Shown here in pieces: positions 11,790-25,219 of a stretch of DNA of 64,000 nt (positions within the stretch are counted from its first letter, which is position 1; the number at the start of each line of letters is the position of its first letter). The DNA is from Octopus sinensis (taxonomy: Eukaryota), in contig NC_042997.1 of the NCBI RefSeq assembly GCF_006345805.1, forward strand, positions 134,850,001 to 134,914,000, given 5' to 3'. Below the pieces are notes generated by a model. That model saw only the letters and a list, made by a program, of their open reading frames with translations. It did not search any database and was not told the origin of the DNA. A program made the position numbers and the translations under genes.

Positions 11790-12893
11790 GATTGCCGAAA
11801 AAACATCACAATAATCAACACACGATCCGTCAAAGAGATTCGTAGCAAGCTGAAGCATATCGAAGTATCTTTCAAACTGACAAAAGGCCATTTTGAAAAG
11901 CTTCTTTATATTTTCACTGTTCAAGAACAGCAACTGCTAGAAAATCAGCAGCCATAACAACAACAACAACAGAATGAGCCACTCCTGGTTCCCAGCACAA
12001 TGGCTGACCCTAACATCGGTCAAGCACAACAACAACAACAGCCACAGCAACAAGAACAACAGCCACTCCTCAACTCTAGCATACTAGATGATTCACTAAA
12101 TGCCAGTATCTTTTCACCGCTCTCACGGCAACCACCACAATTATCATCATCATCATCACCACCGCTGCCACCATCGTCTTCTATCACCAAAAATACCAAC
12201 AAAAAACCAAATAAGAAACCACTGCTCTCTTCCCCCACATCACCACCTCAATACTACTGCAGTAACAAAAACTTAAAGAAACATACGAAGCAGAATGCGC
12301 CCCCCACGGCACAAACAAGAAACCCCAAAATATGCCGCTATTCACTGCGCCAGAGACTCTGCACAAATAGTGACTGCATCTTCACGCATCTACCTGGCAC
12401 TAGACGCACTACCGGCCAAGGCCAAAGCACGCATCCCACAATAACATCAACACCACCAAATAGTAAATCGAAATTCAAAACACACACAACTCGGAGTCCC
12501 AAAATCTGCCGGTATTCCCAACGTGAGAGAATATGTCTGCTGAGTGACTGTCCCTTCACTCATCTTCCAGGGACCCGACGCACAAACAGAAACGGGGCTT
12601 CAAGCCAACACACAAACCTGAATAAAAATAAAAATAAAAACACACCATGCTACAGTAATGCTGGTCCAGTCTTTTCAGGAAGACACAAAAACAACAACAA
12701 CAAAAGTGGAAACTACAACCCTATCCAACAGTGCAACCACACCTCCAGCCAAGAACTGCTCCCTAAGCAGGAAAATTCTTTTTTAGCCATGTTGAACATG
12801 GCAAAAGAGATACACAAAAATATTCTAGCCATCACTCAACACCATCCTATGCTATTACCCCAGTGCACCAATTCCCCACATTGCTGCCACTAA
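11790..12893 (+). pseudogene. LINE ORF1 with poly-Q and two CCCH-type zinc fingers
   Basis: The frame of ORF 12000-12893 continues upstream to about 11790 across one TAA at 11955 inside a CAA run; two C-x8-C-x4-C-x3-H motifs. Confidence 0.7.
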
Positions 12894-15800
12894 CACACAC
12901 AAAAAATCCAAGCCCCCTGCAACAGTCAAAACCAGCCACTACACTAACCTCCACATTTCTACTCAATGCACAAGGTGTCAGCCCTTCCATCAATGCACAA
13001 AAATGGAAGGTCCAATTCATTGAAGACTGGGTTGGTAACCATCTACACCACATCCCTTTCTTCATTCTCACTGAGACCCACCTTGACAACTCCCACTTGG
13101 AAGCCGAAGTGAGAGTGAAGAATTTCACAACCATCCGCGCGGATCGTATCGGCAGAAGGAAGGGTGGAACTGCCATTTTCCTGCATGATTCGTTTACGGC
13201 AGATGGAAATAGTATATTCTCCAACGGCTACTGTGAATCAGTCACCGTGCACAACAAAGCCAATGACCTGACAGTAATTGGGCTCTATAGGCCGCCCCAA
13301 ACACCCATACTGTGCTTTAAAGGATGCCTCAACAGCATTAAGTGCTTTATTCAACAGTGCCATTCTAGCAACCTACTCATGATGGGAGACTTCAATCTAC
13401 CCTGTGTTGACTGGACTAAAAACTTTTTGAAACCAAGCACTCCCGCCTCAACCGCTGACAAAGAAGCAGCAGAGTCACTTTTCGACTTTACGAATGAGTT
13501 TTTCTTGTCCCAACTTGTCCTTGCACCAACAAGACATCAGAAGAACATTTTGGACCTAGTGTTTAGTAACCACACTAACACTATACATAACGTTACAGTG
13601 GAAAAAACCCTTCTTTCAGACCATGACATGGTTCTCTGTAACATGAAATTCCACCAGCCGAAAGCTAATCCTAGTGACCTCCCTCCAGCCCACCCATTTG
13701 ATAACATGGATCTCCATAATGCCAACTGGGATGCAATCAGGAACGAGCTATCACATGTTGACTGGTCCTTTACACATACACACATCTCCACCAACCATAA
13801 AACATCTTGGCAGATCTTTGTAGACACCGTCACAGACATATGTGCAAAACACTCCCCACCAAGACCTGTGAACAAAAAGTGCAGAATCCCCCAAAACAGA
13901 AAAACTATTATCAGAAAAATAAAAAGAACAAACAAAAAAATTAACAAACTAAAGTACTGCCAACAGAAACACACACATTCGACGGCTATCGCACTGCTTG
14001 AATCCAAAAAATATAACCTCCAACAATGCATGAAGACCCTCATCAATAACCAAAGATCAGCTGAGGAGAAGTGGGCCATTGAAAAAATCAAACTCAACCC
14101 CAAAGTGTTCTTTTCATTTGCGAGGAAACGCAGGGTCACTGTCTCCATTGTTGGCCCTCTAATTGATGAAACTGGCACTCTCCAAGATAATGCCAAATCC
14201 ATGGCCGAGATACTGTAGAAACAATACTGCTCTGTTTTCAGCAATCCTGATATGGCCGATCTGGGCTGTATCAGTGATGTCAACCCCCAACACACTATAT
14301 CGGACATAACGTTTAGTGCCCCTGATGTCTTAGCGGCGATAAATGAAATAAAACACAATTCAGCAGTAGGCCCCGATAGGTTCCCTGCTTGTGTCCTGAA
14401 GGTGTGTCGACACCAACTTGCATCTCCCCTTGCTAATCTGTGGAGAAACTCACTGGATGCTGGCTATATTCCAAAAACCTTCTGTCCCAGTCTGTTGTCC
14501 CAGTTTTCAAAAAGGGAAACAAGTCCCTTGCAGTGAACTACCGTCCGATCTCACTCACCTCTCATATCATCAAGGTATTTGAGAGGGTGGTGAGATCTCG
14601 AATAACCCAATTTCTGGAAAGCAACAGACGGCTGATCTCTAACCAACATGGGTTCCGGAATGGAAGGGACTGCCTAACGCAGCTCCTGCATCACTTTGAT
14701 GACATTTTGAGAGCTTTGGGAGAGGGCTCCAACACCGATGTCATCTACCTTGATTTCAGTAAGGCCTTCGACAGGGTCGATCACAAGATCCTATTGAAAA
14801 AACTATCCAACATTGGTGTCTCTGGAAAGTTACTGAAATGGATCAAGTGTTTCCTGACAGACAGATCTCAACATGTTGTAGTTGAAGGGGTAAAATCAAG
14901 CCCAGCCAAAGTCAGTAGTGGCGTTCCGCAAGGCACTGTGCTGGGCCCACTTCTTTTCATCATCTACATTAATGACATTAATGACATCATCAAGCACAGC
15001 AACATAAAAATCTTTGCAGATGATTCCAAGCTACAGAAGGTCATAAATGCGGCGAGTGACCGGACATGCCTTCAGTCAGATCTACTGGCTGTTATCCAAT
15101 GGGCAGAAAAAAACAATATGCTGCTGAACGAGGATAAATTTGAGTTAATCCACTTTGGAAAAGAGGATGCCCTGAAACTCCCATACTCCCTTCCTTCAGG
15201 TGAAACTCTCGCGGTGTCCAACAACATCAGAGACTTGGGAGTAATTGTAGACAACAACATAAGCTGGGCCACTCATATAAACACCAAAGTTGACATGGCC
15301 CGCAGAATGTGTTCCTGGATTCTCAGAACTTTCCAGTCGAGAGATATCCACACCATTATCCTTCTCTTCTCCACTTTTGCCCGACCCCACCTTGAATACT
15401 GTTGTCCACTGTGGTCTCCCCACACAATACAAAGTATCATAAAAGTTGAAGCATCTCAAAGGGCAATCACAAAAAAGATAGATGGCATGACAGGCCTTGA
15501 CTATTGGGGTCGACTAGAAAAGCTAAAACTTTATTCTCTCCAACGTCGTCGTGAGCGCTACATCATCTGCATGATGTGGAAAATATTCCATCAGCATTGC
15601 CCAAATGATGTTGGCATCACCTTTAAGGTACATCCAAGGCTTGGGCCCCGTGCCATCCGCCCAAAACAAAAATCGCACTCTCATCTCATAACAACAATAC
15701 GGCACAATTATTTCACCTCAATTGGCCACGCTCTCTTTAACATTACACCAAAACACATTAAAACAGAAACTGACCCTATAGGGTTCAAGAAGTCTTTGGA

Positions 15801-15900
15801 CAGATTCCTTCAAGAAATCCCGGATAAACCCCCTACACCCGGATATGTCTCTGTAAACAATAACTCTCTACTTAAGTGGGCCATAGTGCCCAAATTCTGA
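12863..15900 (+). pseudogene. LINE ORF2: APE endonuclease plus reverse transcriptase
   Basis: APE motifs ETHL, GDFN, LDLVF and SDH; RT motifs YLDFSKAFD, GVPQGTVLGP and FADD. TAG at 14216-14218 and a frameshift near 14480. Confidence 0.92.
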
Positions 15901-15989
15901 CTTGAAAGACTTCACCAGGTGGTGCTATTAAGTTAGACATGGCCTGGGCCAATAAGGGCCGAAACCTATCAAAGTATCAAAGTATCAAA

Positions 15990-16036
<47 letters not shown>

Positions 16037-16329
16037 TATATACATATATACATATATATCTATATATAAGTTCAGCAAAAATTTAGTTTCAAATGAATAT
16101 GGTACTTAATTTAGATGCAGCAGAATTTTGTAATATGTTATCTATAAAAATCCGTGGGGTGATTATAATAAAAAAAAAAGCAACAAGAATGACTCCGTTA
16201 ATTTGGAACGATCATTTCGTACTACATCATTTTATTAAATGTCGTCAGTATTACAACATTTAAAGGTGTATTCATATTGCTGCAGAACCGTTTTACTACA
16301 CTGTTACTTTTGACAGACCCCCTCCAGTA

Positions 16330-16800
16330 TGTGGCATTTGTTGTATAAGGGTGTTTGATGTCGCTACCCTCCTTTGCACCTCTTACTGCGATGTAGGGTT
16401 ATCTGGGACTCACGACAGGAAGAGGTCCACTTTGATTTGAAAATGCCTACATCCACGTTGTGTAGGTCCCTCGGTCTCTTTGGGAGATAATTAAAAAGGT
16501 GTGGGTCCCTGAAATCCGTCTGTTGCAGTAACTGGTCCTAGTGCGCGATGGAATTGCTAGAATGTTTGTCACTATACAAGGTCAAACCGTTCTGGTATTT
16601 GCGTCGCTTTCAATTAGATAATTTAGGATCTTCCAGATGTATATCACTGCATACTTCTCTAATCTTCTCTCCAGAGAATAGAATCTAAGATGTTTTAGCC
16701 TTTCCCACTAGCTGACCTGTTACAATGAGAAAATCTTTCTGGATTGATTCAAGATCCGCAGTTAATTTTACACTGTAAGGTGATCATAGCTGAGAGCAGG
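16330..16800 (-). mobile_element. Old fragment of a related LINE RT C-terminus
   Basis: The minus strand translates WERLKHLRFYSLERRLEKYAVIYIWKIL, matching YWGRLEKLKLYSLQRRRERYIICMMWKI of the adjacent LINE. Confidence 0.65.
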
Positions 16801-16849
16801 AATATTGCTTCGCTAAATTTAACTGCATGTTTTTAGATTTAGTGTATTT

Positions 16850-17120
16850 ATTCTGTTCTGTCTGGGGAGAGTCATTTTCTTTGTGTGCCTTATAAGGTAA
16901 CACACTCACCGTTAAAATTTCCACTTTTTTTCTTATTTTTATTTTCCCCAAATTTTCGTTGCGTCTTGCAATATTTTCAATAGTCTTGACTCTAAGGTTG
17001 CAAGACGCCACGAAAATTTTAGGAAAATAAAAAATAAAAAAAAAAGTAGAAATTTTACCGGTGAGTATGTTACATTATAAGGCACAAAAAGAAAATGACT
17101 ATCCCCAGACACAACAGAAT
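16850..17120. repeat. Imperfect palindrome with about 120-bp arms (MITE or fold-back)
   Basis: tctggggagagtcattttc...gcgtcttgcaa is mirrored by ttgcaagacgc...gaaaatgactatccccaga. Confidence 0.85.
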
Positions 17121-18432
17121 ATGCTTCAACACACGAACTCATATAAAGAATCCTGCAAACCAAATCCAAAAACGAAGTATTTATTCGTGTTCAGCTGCCA
17201 ATGTAGTCAGTGAGTAGAGGTTTACAGCTCTTATTCAGGTCAGAGAATGAAAATACAAACATAGAAGTAGACACATTATGTATTGAAATAATTTTTTGAT
17301 TGATATTAGAATCCAATTGTTTAAAATACAAGAAATATATGATACAAATTAACATATATATGTCTTATGTTTTGCATTATGGAAAAGCAAGAGAAAAAAT
17401 ATATTTAAACAGTTCTACGGATGATAAATATAATTGTAAGTATATACATAGAAAAAAATAAATAATATATCTTTAAAAAATTAGATATATATACACACAG
17501 ATATGTAATACCAAATCAGTCCGTTCTACACTACCTCACATTTATGTACTTAAATATGAATCAAAATCACAGTCAGATATGCACTCCCTCAAGTTAATGC
17601 ACTTAACATTTATGAATATTCTTCCTATATTTTCGAACTGTTACTCAAATGGAATGCAATGTTGTTCATTATTAACTGAATTATTACCATTATTATCAGA
17701 ATGCCAGCAATATAAGATAATATGTGCCCTTTCATGTATATGCAGGTGTCTGTATTTCATATGCATTGTTGATACTTATAGTGAGTATTAAACCATGAAT
17801 ATCGAAGAACTTAGCCTTTACAAAATTTAGTGTTTACAAAATAATGATAATAATAATAATTTGCAAGAAATGTTTCATTTACGAAACAGCTGTTACGAAA
17901 CAAAAATGGTTTTTCCCAATGTATGTATGTATGTATGAATGTATTTTAAATGTATGCTTATATACTTCTAAATATAAGCATATTTCTATACAAACGTATA
18001 TATTTTATATTTACATGTATATGTGTGTATGTGTGTGAGTTTTTGTGTGTGTTTGTGTGTGTGTGTGTTGTGTGTATCTATAAACACAAAGAGAGAAAGA
18101 GAGAGAGAGAATGAGATACAGAGAATGAAATAGTGTGAGGGCACGCATCTTAATATGTACGCTTGTATGATATTTTGTGTGTGTGTGTGCACTTTTCGAT
18201 TGTGTTTCATATAACAACCACACAGTGGTTTACTCAAACTTCCATAACATTATGAAAACTATTTGTGTTACACACAATTGAATGTTTGATGATGTTGGCC
18301 GATATTACGACTATAATAAAGTTTCGTATATGTTTCTTATAACAACCACACAGTGGTTTACTTAAACTTCCGTAACATTATGAAAAACATTTGTGTTACA
18401 CACATTTAAATGTTTGATGATGTTGGCCGATA

Positions 18433-18789
18433 TTACGACTCATATTCATCGTCATTTCCTCCAGATATTACATCGACTTTCCGTGCACACACACAGGCTG
18501 TAGGAACCTCGATGACGCTTGGTTTAAAAACGTATAGTCCATCAACACATTCAGCTGTACGTTTCAGGACAGTCATTGGCGTATACACCATCACACATTG
18601 GTGGTTACTGTCAGAGTCCAGACAGTCTGTACAACGACACACGACTTCTGTGCGTGATGGAGGAAAATATGTTGAATTGTGGGTAATTTGCAAGTACCAT
18701 GGGCAGGTTGAACGCTCGCGTATGATATCAGTAGATATTATGAACAATACGACGTTGGTGAGGAGGAAGATCAGAACTCTGAGCAGAAC
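18433..18789 (-). CDS. IL17: IL-17-like cytokine, main coding exon, with an in-frame 58-codon internal deletion
   Basis: Phase-0 acceptor cacgcag|GTT; hydrophobic VLLRVLIFLLTNVVLFI; RSTCPWY...CRCTDC...C...C...ACVC IL-17 cysteine pattern; open frame to TAA. The initiator Met must come from an upstream exon. Confidence 0.88.
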   Translation of the reverse strand, partial: VLLRVLIFLLTNVVLFIISTDIIRERSTCPWYLQITHNSTYFPPSRTEVVCRCTDCLDSDSNHQCVMVYTPMTVLKRTAECVDGLYVFKPSVIEVPTACVCARKVDVISGGNDDEYES

Positions 18790-20301
18790 CTGCGTGATAT
18801 AAAATGTAAATGTGAAAATGAGTAATTACAGTTCAATATAACACACAGCTAAATGAATAAACGAAATCAAGTATTATATACTACGTCTATCGCTCACACC
18901 AACTCACTCACTTACTGACTGATTGTCCTACTGACTGAATGACTGACTGACTTTTTCACTCACCCAATCATTAGGCCCTTATATCACTTTATCATCGTTT
19001 AATACTATAAACTATATTTGAATTTTTTAAAACACTTAAGTACGTGTAAAATAGGTATGTCGAAATTAGGTCCTCTGGACCGTACAGTACAAGCCATAAT
19101 TCAAATAAAAATTCAAATAAAAAGTTAAAAAATAAAAGCTACAAAAATAAAAATTACAAAAATAAAGTAAGAAATAATATATATATATAGACATATATGT
19201 ACATATGTATGTATAAGAGGGCTAAAAAAGGAAATGTTTATTGGAATGTGGAGAGTAATTTAACTCCCTTTGAGTCGATCCGTGACTTCAAATCCGTCCA
19301 TAAGCATCGTTTGCAATGAAAACATATTTCGAAGAATGATTGCATACCTTTCTAAAGCTCTATGAACGGAGTTTATGCTACTTTTTAACAGATAATTTTG
19401 ATGGCACATGTGTCAGTGGTTAGAGCATCGAATTTCGTGCCGGGCTGTGTTTTGTGTTCTTAACCAAAGCATTTTATTTCGCGTTGCTCTACTCCCCTAA
19501 GCTGTGTAATTGAGGTATGTTGTCACTGGTGCTAAGCGGTGTCGGCATTTACCTTCATCTATTAAACTATCGATGGCCTGGAGATGGGATTCTTCTATGT
19601 ACTGGCCGGATTTGATACTTAGATGAGGAATCTTATTGGAAGAATACCTTGGACATTCAAGATCAAAGGTGTTATTTACTTTAACCAATAAATAATTAAA
19701 TAGAGAGGGAATGAATACAGAGTTTATGTGCTTCATATCCTTCTGTTTTAAGGTTCTTTAAATCTTTTGCACAAATTCTCCTTTAACACCTGCCAAATGT
19801 GTGCTCTCGGACACCCAACTACAATTTTAGTTAAATTAGAAGTGAGATTAAAGAATTAAATTTGTTTAAAAGAGGTATGAAAAAAACGGTGCCATTTATA
19901 AATATATATATATATTGAATATGTATATATATATATGAAAGCACAGAATTAGATCAATATACCACAGCCATAGAAATACGTATCATATGTATAGTACCAA
20001 TCTGCGTAAAGAACATAAGCAAAATGATTCACTCATTCCTATGAATGATAGATGAGTAAGCATAGACATAAGACTGAAAATATAAATATTACAGTTGGTA
20101 TTAACAAGGTTCGTCTACTTACTTTGGTGGAATTCATTATAATGTATGGTCACTTGGAATGGAAAGGATGACAATCGTAGTATATATGTATGTATTTACA
20201 GATAAATCTTGAGCGTGCGAGTTTATCAAAATGATATTCGCTTGTGATGATAACATCTCCTCTGAGATTACTTATATATAATATTTTTACCGTGGAATTA
20301 C

Positions 20302-20304
20302 CAT
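20302..20304 (-). CDS. Candidate ATG-only first coding exon of the left IL-17 (ATG|gtaatt)
   Basis: ATG is directly followed by a GTAATT donor, conserved in both arms, and fits the phase-0 acceptor. No transcript support. Confidence 0.35.
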
Positions 20305-20677
20305 ATGTCACAAAGATTAATGAAAACTAAAAAATTATAAATATAAACGGGAGGAACTAACAAATTTAAGGAAAAATTTACTTCCGGTAATGTGAAAGAT
20401 CAGATATTAAGTTAAATATATTGTGATCTATATAAATTGCAGAGCGCCTGAAGGAACCAGGACATGGTATACGATTTGTTTCCTCTTTTACCTGTTGAGC
20501 GGGTGTGATTCATTGTGATTTGTCTTAATACGCAGGAACATAGGCATAGTAAAATATTGTCTTAAGAACTTTCCGAATCTATTTTTAATATAATTTATCA
20601 TTTCTGTTGCATATCTATATATCTATATATCTATATATCTATCTATCTATCTATCTTTCTTTCAATCTAACTATCTG

Positions 20678-20750
<73 letters not shown>

Positions 20751-20911
20751 GTATCTATATATGTATCTATCTATCTATCTATCTATCTATCTCTTTGTAT
20801 ATATACATATATATATATATGCATGCAGAAACGCATATACACATATATATAAATACATATATACATATATATATATATATACAAAATATACAAATATATA
20901 TATATATACAA

Positions 20912-20980
<69 letters not shown>

Positions 20981-21070
20981 TATATACATATATATATATA
21001 TACACATATATATATATATATATACATACAGATATACATACATACATACATACATACATACATACATACA

Positions 21071-21105
<35 letters not shown>

Positions 21106-22129
21106 TTATATTGGGACGCCTAGAAAGTACGTGCCGATTTTCAAAGGAATAAAAGTTCAATAAATACTTGCCATTACATTTTCAATCCACCAAATATGAA
21201 CCATTTTCTTGCACAATGCCTCTCAATCTTTCCTTTAGCTTGAAAATACGCTCTCCCAGAACTGAGGTGGTTTCAGGCCAAGGTATTGAAGTTTTAACCA
21301 TGAAGTCTTTTCTGCAGAGATCTGAATGAGTGCAAATCCGAAGGAGCAATATCTGGTGAATATCGACAGTGGTGTACCTCATCCCAGCCGATTGCGGCAA
21401 TTTTTGTGTGATTCCCAAGGAAACATGCGGTCTTTCATTATCCTTTTGAAAAACAACACCCTTTATATTGGCCTTGAAACGCAGCGTCCCTCAGCTTCAT
21501 TCAGTCTATATACTGTATAACTATTCCGCAAACATTTTTCATTATATTCAATGTGATTTGATATTAGCGATTGACTATTGGCAATGACCTCAATCTACTG
21601 GCAATTTCTTGACCGAATTCAGTCTCTTTCATTTTAAGGTCTATAGTTGTGCGTAGCATAGTATTTAGATACATTTAAACTCAATGTGACAAATTTTTAA
21701 TTAGGGCAACAAAATGCGATTTAGTAAATACTTTTAAGAAATATTAGTAATTTTTTTATAAAGAAATACCTACTTGTTTCTTTCTGTTGAAAGTTTAATA
21801 TTGGTTGATATATTTTCCATGGAGCATTTCGCTGAATTCTGTTTTTGTTTCTCAAGAATATTTTCCCCATAACACACACACACACACACACACACGCGCG
21901 AGCGCGCGCACACAAACATGCATTAAATACTACAAAACGTATAAATAGTACAACAAACAAGGACATTGAGCCATCCTCAGTTACCAACCAAAATATACTA
22001 ATAACCAGTTTCGTGTCTTTCATGAAACTAGCTACGAGTGTGTCAGTCTGTGGCTATTGAGTTGTTTTAAGCATATCTCAATCAATAGTGGTGATGGTTC
22101 GGGCCATAGGTCATTTACGTGACTACATA

Positions 22130-22172
<43 letters not shown>

Positions 22173-22309
22173 AAATATATATGTATATGTATAGGAATGT
22201 ATATTTGTATATATATGTGTGTGTGTATGTATGTTTATACATATATGTCTATATGTATAAACATATATATATAAATATATACATATATCAATATATATAT
22301 ATATATATG

Positions 22310-22878
<569 letters not shown>

Positions 22879-22883
22879 TTATA

Positions 22884-22975
<92 letters not shown>

Positions 22976-22994
22976 GACAGACAGACAGATAGTC

Positions 22995-23046
<52 letters not shown>

Positions 23047-23047
<1 letters not shown>

Positions 23048-24894
23048 TGTTTATTTATTAGCCACACAGGGCTGCACACAGACAGAACAAATTACAAGGT
23101 AGAGCTTTTCTTTTGGGGTATAAAAAAGGGGGTTGGTTTTTGATCAAAAGGGATCGTAAAAGGAAAGAAAGAGGACAAAAAAGGGGAGGTTTTAAAAAAA
23201 TAGGGAAAGGGGAGAGGGAAAAAAAGTTGATCAATAGGGATCGTAATCACAGAAATGTCAATATAAAGTGTAAAGGGGAGGAGGACAGGTGAGGTTTACC
23301 CGTGGAAAGAAAAGCCTACGGAAAAGACCACGGTAACCTCGGTCAATGAAGTTACATGTTATATTTCGTTCTTTTATTTTTTTTTGCAAATAAGCAACTC
23401 TCTGTATTAATTTTTACGCTTCATAGAATCAAAGTCAAGGTGGCTTCGTCATTCATACGTGCCATCCTTGCTACATTCACCCATCTTTTTTTAAAACATT
23501 CACTAGACAAAACTTGCCTCTCTACTCTCACTTTCCTCTTCAAGTGATATTTGAAGAAGTTGATGAGAGATTGACCAGAGAGGAAAGTGTTTGTCTCTAA
23601 TCCTTTCAGGTGCGTCCACCAGATACATTATTTCGCCATAGCCACAAGTATGATAAAAATAGCTCTTCCTTCCCGTTTGAAGGAAGGAGGCGTGACGATA
23701 TTAACGATAGACTCGGCTGATAAACCGACACGTCCCACACGTGACAGCAGTCGCTCGACATAAGCCCACAAGTCGGAAATTGCTGGACACTGCACGATTG
23801 CGTGCAGAGCGGTTTCGTCGCTCTACCCGCATCTCGGGCAGGTCGGCCCCGTGTTTCTCGAGCCATGCCTATAGAGCTTATCCCGAACGGGTAGCGCTTC
23901 TCGGTAGCACCGCCAGGCCAGGGATCTGTGGAAGTTGTCCATAGGTCCCGGGCCGAAAGTCGTTTGAAACAGGCGGGTCAGGTATTCCTCGTCGACGCCC
24001 AGGTTTGCCCCGAGCTCGTCGTCGTACCTCCCCTCCACTAATCCCCCTATAGAATGCTTTGGTTGTGTTGAAGTCAGTCAAGGTCGACCCGGGACGGCAG
24101 AGTTGCTTGAGAGCAACGCGACACTCGCGGTGCCATTCGCCCTTCCTCGGCCTCTTTTTGATCCACGACTGTAGTTCGGTCATGGAGACGAGTTGCGGGA
24201 ATGCGTGACTCAAAAACGGCAACCACACCTATTCACCGTCGTCTACATAGAGCCGGAGATGTCGCAGTCTCAGCGCGTGTCTGCGCATCATCAACAACGG
24301 CATGCCCAGCCCTCATTTTAACGGGTGTTGACAGCAAATGGATCGCCTGACCATCGGGACGCATCCTTTCCACAAGAAGCGGAAGAGGATGCGTTCTAGT
24401 TTGGTGATGGTAGGGTCGGGACAAGGTACGACGGTCAGGCGGTAGTAGATGATGGACGCGATGTACGCGTTCGCCACCTCCGCCCGACCTTTTAGAGACA
24501 GTTTCCTCTCGGCCCATTGCTGGGCAAGAGTGTCCAACCTACACGTTATCTCGTTCCAGTTCTTCTCCATTTGGAGGTCTGGACCGAACCAGACCCCGAG
24601 CAACTCAACCGGGCCGTCTGTCCAGCGTCGCACGACGGAGGTACTGGTGGACGGCATGGGTTTGCTTCTCCAGGTGCCGAGCCGCAAGCCCACTGACATT
24701 TCCCGGTTGATTTTTCGCTCCTGTCACATTTCGTAGTCTTTCAGTGTCTCGCCGACCCGCTCGATGTGGTCGTGGCTTGACACTATGACGGTGACGTCGT
24801 CCGCGTATGCAGACACGCTCGTCCCGCATCCCAATTCTCGCGGGATGCCCCTCAGAGTCGCCAGCTTCCGCAGTAATGGCTCAAGAGTCAATAC
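23047..24894 (-). mobile_element. 5'-truncated Tx1/L1-clade LINE inserted in (ATCT)n
   Basis: YADD RT motif, LLGVWFG, LSLKGRAEVAN, RFLWKG and a C-terminal CPRCG knuckle; 3' end aataaataaacat; (ATCT)n on both sides. Confidence 0.88.
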
Positions 24895-25216
24895 AGATAG
24901 ATAGATAGATAAGAGAAGTAATAAAATATTTTGAAAATAGATCGGAAAATTACTCAATACGTTAGTTCATTGTGTCTATGTTCCTGTGTCTTAAGACACT
25001 TCTCAACTTACCACACCCGATTAACAGGTAAAAGAGGAAACACAACATAAACCATGTCCTGGTTACTTCAGGCGCTCTGCAATTTATATAGATTACAATT
25101 TATTTCACTTAATACCAGATCCTTCACATTACCGGAAGCAAATATTTTCCATAAATGTGTTAGTTCCTCCTGTTTATATTAATAATTTTTAAAATTTTCA
25201 TTAATCTTTGTGACAT

Positions 25217-25219
25217 ATG
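25217..25219 (+). CDS. Candidate ATG-only first coding exon of the right IL-17 (ATG|gtaatt)
   Basis: gacatATG|GTAATT, with a TATA-like tttatatag about 130 bp upstream; mirror of 20302-20304. Confidence 0.35.

Larger units (their letters stand above)
17180..20790 (-). repeat. Left arm of the IL-17 inverted segmental duplication
   Basis: Blocks 17180-17830, 17870-18960 and 19300-20790 match the reverse complement of 30697-29510, 29330-28300 and 26100-24895 plus the (AGAT)n at 22920-23046. Confidence 0.88.

Noticed and set aside
13537-14358. 273-aa minus-strand ORF
   Set aside because: Antisense shadow of LINE ORF2, with no recognisable motif.
21182-21520. Short ORFs in the spacer between the IL-17 arms
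   Set aside because: No recognisable domain or convincing splice signals.
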